Below, piece after piece: positions 52,130 through 64,000 of a stretch of 64,000 nt of DNA. The DNA comes from Dictyostelium discoideum (taxonomy: Eukaryota), in the NCBI GenBank assembly GCA_000004695.1, contig CM000154.2, positions 800,001 through 864,000 on the forward strand, read 5' to 3'. Positions within the stretch are counted from its first letter, which is position 1. The number at the start of each line of letters is the position of its first letter. The notes beneath the pieces were generated by a model. The model worked only from the letters and a program-made list of their open reading frames with translations, searched no databases and had not been told where the DNA came from. Both the position numbers and the translations under genes were made by a program.

Positions 52130-52470
52130 GTTGTGTTGAAATATTATTTATTAAATTTTTAAATTCTTTAATAAATTCATCAAGTAATTCCTTATCATCG
52201 AATTCAATAATTAATGAATATAATTGTAATTTAAAAATATTATTTAAAATTAAATTAAATATGAATTTGAATTCTTTTGATTCTTTGAAATTAATTTTAT
52301 AATGTCTAATTGATGTTAATGGTGATGAAAATATATTTTCAAATAAATATTGATTAATTGAAAAAGTTTCTTAAAGTACTTCACTACCATAATCATCTCT
52401 TTCATCACCACTACTACCATCATCTTCACTATCATCAACACCAGTTGGTTTTAATGAGTAAACATTGAAA
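51440..52470 (-). pseudogene. Frame-broken ORF cluster on the minus strand. It is a probable pseudogene of unknown family.
   Basis: Successive minus-strand segments read naturally but in different frames and are separated by in-frame stops: ...NKIFQNQINLFFNDCDFNVYSLKPTGVDDSEDDGSSGDERDDYGSEVL*, then ETFSINQYLFENIFSSPLTSIRHYKINFKESKEFKF...EFDDKELLDEFIKEF, then LYSLMKFDGPTRVLVLFYDLPKDDSSSELSQTGLKIVLIIFWLNKFPRTIRGSLHFGNSFQG*, then RFKNSHLYIIHFNNGDVKNYITLITNLRIKSCEITPDGLLLHFETSSKK*. Confidence 0.35.
52026..52135. repeat. (GTT)n trinucleotide repeat, which is (AAC)n on the minus strand and encodes poly-Asn in the frame-broken ORF.
   Basis: Direct read. Confidence 0.9.
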
Positions 52471-52625
52471 TCACAATCATTAAAAAATAAATTAATTTGA
52501 TTTTGAAATATTTTATTATTATTATCTGTTTTAATTTTTTTTTTGACATTATTATTTGTTTAAATTATTAAGAGTGTGTGAGTCTGAAAATAATGATTTT
52601 AAATTTTTTTTTTTTAAACATCCTT

Positions 52626-52677
<52 letters not shown>

Positions 52678-53412
52678 CCCCAATTATTGATAATTTTTAA
52701 AATTCTAATAAGAAAATAGATACAACTTAAGAGGTAATAATATAAATTTAAATTTAAAAAATTTATTATTATATTTACATTTTATAAAATGTTATCCAAC
52801 AATTGATCAACTCTTAAAATATCATAAAATGTTAATAAAACTATATTTAAAAAATTATATAATGCAAAAAAAAAATTTAAATTTTAAATGATTTAAATCC
52901 AATAAATAGTAAAGATAGGTTATCTCAAATACCATTAATTAGTGATGGCATTAAAATATTTTCAGTTCTGGATACAACATTATTTAATATACAAAATTAG
53001 ATAAACATGCTAGAATAATTATTTTTATTTTTAATACTTTGGATAATTTTTAATCCAACAAGCTAATAAATAAAATCCAAATCATTTTTAATTTATTTAT
53101 ATATTTTTTTTTTTTTTTTTTTTTTTAATTTTTTTTTTTTTCAATTTTTTTTTTTTTTTTTCAAATTACACCATCTCTGATAGGGCAAAAAATGGAAAAA
53201 TCTATTTCCAATATAAAATAAAAAAAAATAAATAAAAAAAACAAATAAAAAACTTTTTTTATGTTGAAACGGTTTGAATTATTTCCAATTAAAAAAAAAA
53301 AAGGTGAATAAAAAAGTAAATTAATAAATTATAAAAAAAACAAATAAAAATAAATAAATTATATTATTATTTATAAATTTATAAAGTAGAATGTTGATTA
53401 TTGTAGCGTATT

Positions 53413-53444
<32 letters not shown>

Positions 53445-53500
53445 GGTAAACATTTTAAAATAAGATAAATAAATATAAGAAAAGAAATTCAATATAAGAT

Positions 53501-53541
<41 letters not shown>

Positions 53542-53548
53542 AATAAAT

Positions 53549-53579
<31 letters not shown>

Positions 53580-53663
53580 TTTATTTTACAACTTAAATCA
53601 TTTTATGTATAGTTGAAGTGCTTTATTTTTTATTTTTATATTATAAATTCTTATCACCCCTGT

Positions 53664-54160
53664 TTATTTTTCAAATTTTTGATTAAAAAAATTTAAATCA
53701 AAATTAAGAATAGAGAGTACTTCAGATCTGGACCAAATACTAGGTTTTGAACCAATAAAATCTTTAAGATTTCCTTTATACTCTTTTTCATCGATTAAGA
53801 GTATACCCATAAATAATTTAGTATCACAAACACCAAATACAAATATATTACTATCATCATTAAATTCGAGTAAACCTGAAATATCTTCAATATTAACTTG
53901 ACCACTAGTACCATATATTATTTTAACATTTTCATCCACTATTGGGTCAATTGTATTATACCCTTTTCTTTTAAATTCTGACACCATTTGATTTTTATCT
54001 TTCTCATTTTCACATGAAATTAATAATTGAATGATTTTCTTTTTCTTTCTCATTTTAACTATTGAATAATTTATAATATTGGTGACATCTTCAATTTCAT
54101 TTTTTATTCGATTATAAGATTGAAATTTTATTTTAACTAATAGAATATAAGAATAAAAAA

Positions 54161-54210
<50 letters not shown>

Positions 54211-54638
54211 GTTGGAGTGTATGGTTTTGGTTTTGATGGTGGTGGTGGTGTTGGTAGTGGTTTTGATGGTGGTGTTGATAGTGGTTTTGATGGTGGTTTT
54301 GATGGTGGTTTTGATAGTGGTAGCGTTGGTATTGATGGTGTTGGTATTGATGGTGTTGGTATTGATGGTGTTGATATTGATGGTGTTGGTATTGATGGAG
54401 TTGATAGTGGTAGCGTTGGTATTGATGGTGTTGGTATTGATGGTGTTGATGGTGATATTGGTGGCGTTAATGGTGTTGGTATTAATGGTATTGATGGTAT
54501 TGATGGTATTAATGGTATTAATGGTATTAATGTTTTTGATGATGTTGGTATTGATGGAGTTGGTATTGATGGTGTTGATGGTGTTGATTGTGATATTGGT
54601 GGCGTTAATGGTGTTGATAGTGATGATGATGGCGACAA
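53664..54638 (-). CDS. Pro/Thr/Ser-repeat (PSIPT)n mucin-like protein with a C-terminal globular domain of unknown family. The ORF is 324 aa.
   Basis: The ORF runs from ATG 54638 to stop 53664. The N-terminal half consists of PSIPTPSIPT and SKPPSKPP repeats encoded by the minisatellite. The C-terminal region is KKIIQLLISCENEKDKNQMVSEFKRKGYNTIDPIVDENVKIIYGTSGQVNIEDISGLLEFNDDSNIFVFGVCDTKLFMGILLIDEKEYKG. Confidence 0.6.
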
Positions 54639-54640
54639 AG
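54225..54640. repeat. 12- and 18-bp minisatellite (GGTGTTGATGGT / GGTATTGATGGT / GGTTTTGATGGT variants) encoding the PT repeats.
   Basis: Direct read. It generates spurious G/V/D-rich plus-strand ORFs. Confidence 0.9.
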
Positions 54641-54821
54641 AAGAAGCTAATGTGGCTGTTGGTAAAGGAAATTCAAATGATTCGTTTAAAGTATTGAGAT
54701 TGGTGGTAGTGGTGCGATTGAAATACTATTTTGGTTGCATCAGTTACATCTTTTCTATCTGTTATAAACGATTCATGGTTTAGTTTTATTCTTTTTGCAT
54801 TCACTATATCATCTGGATTTA

Positions 54822-55810
<989 letters not shown>

Positions 55811-56052
55811 TTTATTTTTGGACTGACATTGTTAACTACTATTATTCATTTGTGATGGTTTTTATTTTTATTTTTTTTTTTTATTATTTTTTTTTTTTGT
55901 ATCTTATTTTAAATTAAAAAAAAAATTCACACTATCTTACCATATATTATACAATTAAAAAAACACACAAATAATTTGATAATTTTCCAGCGAAGGAAAC
56001 TCAGGGTTGTGAAAAATAAAAAAAAAAAAAAATTAAAAAAAATAAAAAATGA

Positions 56053-56091
<39 letters not shown>

Positions 56092-57145
56092 ATTTTACAC
56101 CAATTTTAAATTTAATTATTAAATTAACTAAAATGGAAATTGAAAAGACCAAATCAATTGAATTAAGTATAGATAAATAGAGCACTCAAATACACAAAAT
56201 GGTCCTAAAAAAGGAATTTTTTTTATTTTTTATTTTTTATTTTTTTTTTTATGTTGTAAATAAATTTTGAAACATTAATTAATGATGGTTATTAATTAAA
56301 AAAAAAAAAAAAAAAATTAAAATTTATAAATAAAAAAAAAGAGAGATTTTGAAAATAAAAGATAATCGGTGATTTATCTATCTTTATGGAGCGTCAATAA
56401 ATAATAAATGGAATATGATCCAATAGGAGTCAATGGTCATCTCGATTTTTATTTAATGAAATGAAACTAAAAAGATTGGGTGTACACCTACATAACCACC
56501 CCAAACAAAACTTTTATTTTTTTTCCCAAATCAAAATTATTAGTTTTTTTTTTTTTTAAAAATATTTTCAAAATGGTTTATATTTTAAGTTTATGATAAT
56601 GATTTACCTTTTTTAACTTTTCTTAAAATGTTTATGTTGACACAAATTTTTTTTTTTTTTTTTTTTTTATTTAGAAAATAGGCATGAGTTTGATTTTTTT
56701 TTTTTTTTTTTTTATTAATTTATTAACCCAATAGTAAACCATTTAAATCTTTTTTTTTTTAAATTTTAAATTTTAAATTTTTTTATTTTTATTTTTTTTT
56801 TGATTTTCATCATTTTTGTAGTCTCAGTATATATAATCTTGCTTCAATCTCAATTTTTCCCTTTTAAGATATCTTTTATTGAAAAATTACAACTTTGTTT
56901 TTTTTTTTTTTTTTTTTTAAATTCCATTTTTTTTATTTTTTTTTAATTTTTTTTTTTTTTTTTTAAATTAATTAATTAATCCTAAACATTAACAAAAAAA
57001 AAAAAAAAAAAAAAAATTTAAAAAAAAAAAAATAAATAAAATTAAATTTTTTTTTTTTTTTTTTTATTTTTTAATTTTTATTTTTAATTTTTTTTTTATA
57101 TGTACATATATGTTTTTAAACAACCCTTAAAATTTTAATTCATTA

Positions 57146-59073
<1,928 letters not shown>

Positions 59074-59383
59074 AACAACATTAAAAAAAAAAAACCTAAA
59101 ACTAAAACTAAAAATTAAAAAATCTATTTTTTCATATAAAAAACAATGAATTATATTCGGGATTGAATCAAACAATAAATTATATTGGGGATTTCCCATA
59201 AAGATTTCTTAAAAATCTAAAATTAATTTTTTTTTTTTTTATTTAATTTAATTTATTTTTTATTTTTTTATTTTTTTTTTTTATTTTTTATTTTTTTTTT
59301 TTTAATTTTATTTTTTATGAAAATTGCACCATCCTTTCCTTTTTTATCCTCGAACATTATTTTAATTTAATAATATAATTTAC

Positions 59384-59426
<43 letters not shown>

Positions 59427-59572
59427 CCGTAATATTATTTTTTTTTTAGACCACATATTTCAAAATAATAGACCTAATTTTTTATTATAAAATAAAATAA
59501 AATAAAAAAAAACAAAAACAGAAATTAAAATAAAAAATAAAATAAAATAAAAAATTAAATTAAATAAAAAAT

Positions 59573-59602
<30 letters not shown>

Positions 59603-59606
<4 letters not shown>

Positions 59607-61202
59607 AACATACAAATAATTTAAATAAAGTCAATGATAACATCAAACACAATGAAGATAATAAAAAAAAAGATTATGTTAATAATGAAAAAACAAAAGA
59701 AATAAACCCACACTCAATTATTCACACAAATACAAATACAAATACAAGCATACATACAAATACAAATACAAATACAAATACAAATACAAATACAAATACA
59801 AATACAAATACAAATACAAATACAAATACAAATACAAGCATTCATACAAATACAAATACAAATATACATACAAATACAACGACAACTGAAAAATTAAATA
59901 ATCGTCATAGTAATCATTATAGTGGTAATTTTATAATTGCACAATATCATATAATTGAAAGATATTTAAAGAATTTTGTACATGATGGTGTTGAGAGATG
60001 GAATTTAAAGATTCAACAAATTAGAGATATTATAAAAGAACTATATAAGAATCCAATTGATTTGGATTTCGGAGATCTTAATATTAGTATGGATGAAGAA
60101 TCATTGTATTCAAATTCATCCTCTGATAAATTATTAAACACTTATTCAATTGAAGAATTGGAATCCTATTTCGATAAATTTGGTATAAAACAACAATTAT
60201 CATCAAGAGGTTATAATCATCCAAAAATAATTGTAGATTTCACTGACCCATTCGTACATAGACTCGAAGTTACTGATTCAATATCAACAACAACAACCAC
60301 AACTACTACTATAAACTCACCAAATAGTAATAGTAATACAGATCATATTTTAATTGATATATTTATAAGAAGAAAAGAATTTTATATTTATGAATTATTA
60401 GAGGAGAAGAAAAAACATGATAATAGTAGTGATAGAAATATTGGACCACCTTCAAATGTTGATCAAAGATATGTACCAAATTTTAAGATGATGAATGGTA
60501 CTAAATTATTTGAATGGGTAGATTTACATCCAACTGAACCAGTTTTAAAACAAATTGATTATCCAATTAAATCAACAGTTATCGAATGGTTATGTTTACA
60601 AGATCCAAGTAAACCATTCTCTGAAACTAGACCACCTTTACCTGGTCAACAACATTCAGGTTTGGGTGTAACAAAACAAATTAATAATCTATTAGTACAT
60701 TTAGCAACTATTCAAAATAGGGATTGCCTATTAAATAAACCATTTAGATTTTATAATGCTTTCTTTTATCAAACAAGAGTAAATAATAATATAAATAATA
60801 TAAATAATATAAATATATATATTTTTTTATAATCTTTTTTCTAAAATTTTTTTTTTTTTTTTTTTTTTTATTTTTTAAAAATACTATTAATAGGAATACT
60901 TTTATATTGATCCAGGAGTTCAAGCAATATTTTTAAGTTTATTAAATGATATTGAAGAATCAATTAGTAAATTTGGATTAGCACCAATTTCATGGGCATT
61001 CGAGTTTGGTTGTGTTAAAGAGAAAGCAACTGGAAACACTGTTAAATGGGAATTCCATAAACAAATTAAACCAATCTCACCGAGAATGAAAAATTATTTT
61101 AAAAGTAAACTTTATATTAAATCAGTTCAAGATAATATGAGACCTATGGGTACTTTTTATATTGATTGGTCTGGTCATCCATCATTATCTCATTTTGTAT
61201 AA
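59603..61202 (+). CDS. Hypothetical protein of about 510 aa with an (HTNTNT)n repeat and a conserved-looking C-terminal domain of a family I cannot name. Two exons at 59603..60778 and 60894..61202.
   Basis: Donor AGA|GTAAAT in phase 0, and acceptor ttaatag|GAATAC. The C-terminal region is ...PPLPGQQHSGLGVTKQINNLLVHLATIQNRDCLLNKPFRFYNAFFYQTR/EYFYIDPGVQAIFLSLLNDIEESISKFGLAPISWAFEFGCVKEKATGNTVKWEFH...MRPMGTFYIDWSGHP. Confidence 0.55.
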
Positions 61203-61261
61203 ATTTATAAATTAATTATTTATCATCATTTCCCTCCCCTCCTCTTCCTTTCCCCCTCCCC

Positions 61262-61292
<31 letters not shown>

Positions 61293-61719
61293 CCAAATCG
61301 AACAAAAAAAAAAAAAAAAAAAAAATATTAATAGATAAATAAATAATAATTAACTTTTAAATATATAATATATATTATTTTTTAAAAATAAAAATAAAAA
61401 AAAAATCAAACGTTTTATTTTTTTTTATTTTTATTTTTAAATCAAAGGGTGATAATTATTTTTAAATTTTAAAATTTTTTTTTTTTTATTTTTTTTGTGA
61501 GATTTGGAAGATATTTTTTTTTTTTTTTTTTTCCCAACAACAATAATGTTTAATTTTTTTTTTTTTTTTCTTCAATTTAAATTTTTAATTTTTTTATTTT
61601 TATTTTTTTTATTTTCACTTTCATTCTCCTATATGTATTTATAATAGATAAAGATAATATTTTTAATTAATTAGCTTTGTAAAAAAAAAAAAAAAATAAA
61701 AAAAATAAAAATAAAAAAA

Positions 61720-63096
61720 ATGTCAACACCAATGGAAATTAAAGAAAAAGAAGATAGAGGAGAATATTTATTTTTTAAAGTTTTTAGAAATAAAGTTATA
61801 AGAACAGTTATATTCAAATTTATAGAAGGTACAGGATGGAAATATTCAAATATTTTATCAGCATTATGGATGATGAATAATAAACATTTTGAATTATTTA
61901 AAGATAAATTAAGAACTCATAGTGATATTGATTATTCAATAGATTCATATATTAAAGTTGTGGAAATGATTGAAGATATGGATATTTTCTTATTGTTTAT
62001 GCAAGATGTAATCAAAAGGATTACAATAGCATCATTAGCATTTAAAGAGAAAGAAAAGTTGGTACCATTCATTGATTATTTAGCAAGTTTTGGTAAATTG
62101 GAATTCATTAAATACATTGAAACTCATTATGGAGATAATAAAAAAGTTATATATACAGAGAGTCCAATTGATTGCGCATGTTTATCAGGTTCACTTGAAT
62201 GTTTAAAATATTTAGAAGAGAAATATACCAAATGTACAACCAAAGCATTGGATAATGCTTCAAAGAATGGTCATTTAGAAATGGTTAAATATCTATTGGA
62301 AAATAGAACCGAAGGTGGTGAGCATGCTCTATCATTGGCAATTGAAAATGGTCATTTAGAGGTGGTCAGATATTTAACTGCCCACGATAGCACCTTAAAA
62401 ACTACTGAACAAAGTTGGAATAAAGCCGCAGAGAATGGTCTTTTGGAAATGTGTAAATATTTACATGAGAATAGAAAAGAGGGATTCACAGTATTCGCCG
62501 TTGATAAAGCAGCCCAAAAAGGTCATTTACAAGTGGTTAAATTCTTATTGGAGAATAGAGACGAGGGTTGCACTGCCACCGCATTAAGTTTGGCCGCAAA
62601 GTATAATCATGAAGAGATTTGTAAATATCTAATAGACGTAAATGCACCAATCAATAGTAACAGTATTTGTAATGCTGCTTTGGCTGGTAATACAAATTTG
62701 GTTAATTATATTCATTCTAAAACAAGTTATCGTGTCTCTGCAAATGCATTCAGTTATGTTTGTCTTAATGGTGATTTTGAAATGGTCAAATGTTTATCTC
62801 AATTGGATACTCCAATGACTTGTTCTGCCTATGAAAAAGCTGCTCAAAATGGTCATTTCAAAATCGTTGAATTCCTTCATTTCTCTCGTCCAAAAGATGT
62901 CTCTTCACCTCAAGCTGCAAATTTAGCTGCTCAATTCAATCACTATCAAACCCTTTGTTTCCTTATAAAATATCGTCCTGAATCCAATCTTCATACCGCT
63001 TTAAAAGCCGCAACTGATAATAAAAATGAAAAAATTATAAAATTCTTAAATAATGCAATTGCTGATCCAAAATCATTACAATCAATGGTTATTTAA
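61720..63096 (+). CDS. Ankyrin-repeat protein, 458 aa, single exon.
   Basis: At least 8 tandem 33-aa ankyrin repeats: ASKNGHLEMVKYLLENRTEGG / LAIENGHLEVVRYLTAHD / AAENGLLEMCKYLHENRKEG / AAQKGHLQVVKFLLENRDEG / AAKYNHEEICKYLIDVNAP / AAQNGHFKIVEFLHFSRP.... Confidence 0.85.
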   Translation: MSTPMEIKEKEDRGEYLFFKVFRNKVIRTVIFKFIEGTGWKYSNILSALWMMNNKHFELFKDKLRTHSDIDYSIDSYIKVVEMIEDMDIFLLFMQDVIKRITIASLAFKEKEKLVPFIDYLASFGKLEFIKYIETHYGDNKKVIYTESPIDCACLSGSLECLKYLEEKYTKCTTKALDNASKNGHLEMVKYLLENRTEGGEHALSLAIENGHLEVVRYLTAHDSTLKTTEQSWNKAAENGLLEMCKYLHENRKEGFTVFAVDKAAQKGHLQVVKFLLENRDEGCTATALSLAAKYNHEEICKYLIDVNAPINSNSICNAALAGNTNLVNYIHSKTSYRVSANAFSYVCLNGDFEMVKCLSQLDTPMTCSAYEKAAQNGHFKIVEFLHFSRPKDVSSPQAANLAAQFNHYQTLCFLIKYRPESNLHTALKAATDNKNEKIIKFLNNAIADPKSLQSMVI

Positions 63097-63426
63097 TAAA
63101 AAAATAAAATAAATAAAAATAGAAATAATTTAAGTTATAACCCACTATTTTGGGAACTGGAATTTAAAAATATTATTTTTTTTTTTTTTTTTTAAAAAAT
63201 TTCACTTTTTTTTCTTTTTTCAGAACACTTTAGTTTTGTGATCACAAAAACATTCAATTTTTTTTTTTCTTCTTTCAAGTAAATATATATAAATAATAAT
63301 TTCATAAATGTAAAAAAAAAAAAAACAATTTCTTTTTTTTATTAAAAGATAGAAAAAAAAGATTTAAAATAAAATTATAAAAAAAAAAAGAAATTTCTTT
63401 ATTAATTTTCTTTTCTTTTCTTTTAT

Positions 63427-64000
63427 AAAAGGAATGATATAGATTATAATAAAGATTTATATAATTTAGAAGAATTATTAAGAAAAACTAAAAGTGAAGA
63501 TGATGATGATGATAATGATGATAATTTTGATGAAGAAATAAATAATTCAAAGATATGTAATGAAATTAAAAGATTATTATCAAAAAAAGAAGGTTCAAAA
63601 TTAATATATGTATTAGAAGAAATGGATTATAATGATGAAGATGAACCATTTAATTCATTGATTGGCATTGATAAATTAATTGGTGATAAATTAATTAAAG
63701 CTTCAAAACAATTAAATCTTTCATTATACATGTCAACTTTAGTAATTAAAGAGAATAGATTCATTGAGGATCCAAAAAATGTTGATTTTCAACAAGATCT
63801 AAAAGAATGGGATAATTATGATTTCGATTCATTCTTAATTAATTTCTTTGATTTAAATAATGAACTTTGGGAAGAAATGATAATGAATACATTGGAATTT
63901 GATGAAGTTTTACCTGGTGGTTCTTTAAGTGAAATAGAGAATCACTTGTATAAAAAAAAGTTACCGTTTCATTATCAATCTCAAATTACTCAACAATTAT
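63427..64000 (+). CDS. 5' or internal coding segment of a gene that continues beyond the window end. Product unknown.
   Basis: The frame is open from about 63424 to the window end: NDIDYNKDLYNLEELLRKTKSEDDDDDNDD...KEGSKLIYVLEEMDYNDEDEPFNSLIGIDKLIGDKLIKASKQLNLSLYMSTLVIKENRFIEDPKNV...LPGGSLSEIENHLYKKKLPFHYQSQITQQL. It is preceded by a candidate acceptor tataaaag| at 63431. Confidence 0.4.

Overview
This window is extremely AT-rich (about 20-25% GC) eukaryotic nuclear DNA. It has short, very AT-rich GT..AG introns, ubiquitous poly-Asn/Gln/Ser/Thr coding repeats, and long homopolymer and microsatellite tracts between genes. All of this is characteristic of a dictyostelid social amoeba (Dictyostelium discoideum-like) chromosome. 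It is not prokaryotic: I found no operons, CRISPR arrays or prokaryotic-style defence loci.

The first 43 kb is gene-dense and the gene models are cleanly spliceable. In order they are: a RhoGAP gene; a CUE+CCCH+Smr (Cue2/N4BP2/NONU-1-like) gene; an MFS transporter; a 920-aa orphan ORF; Hrd1/synoviolin; a Rif1 orthologue; a tandem thioredoxin pair; an insulysin-like M16 peptidase; a STE20/PAK-like kinase; three tandem paralogous small membrane-protein genes; a possible bHLH protein; a second PreP-like M16 peptidase; a PARP16-like tail-anchored ADP-ribosyltransferase; and ornithine aminotransferase.

From 43 kb to 52.5 kb the character changes. There is a 100-N assembly gap, and fragments resembling the Sec16 C-terminal and central conserved domains lie in the wrong order with frame disruptions. 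There is a GC-rich ~400-bp palindrome fused to a 5-copy ~275-bp tandem array beside a tRNA-like B-box fragment, then a frame-broken ORF cluster and several minisatellites. This looks like a rearranged, repeat-colonised or low-quality segment.

The last 11 kb returns to ordinary genes: a PT-repeat protein encoded by a minisatellite, an RA/ubiquitin-like-domain protein, a two-exon hypothetical gene, and an ankyrin-repeat protein.

The most novel-looking item is the cluster of three tandem same-strand genes at 29.6-32.1 kb. Each starts with an 8-nt first exon ATGNNAGA and encodes a 63-85 aa single-TM protein.

All calls come from reading the six-frame translations and splice signals by eye. No database search was run.
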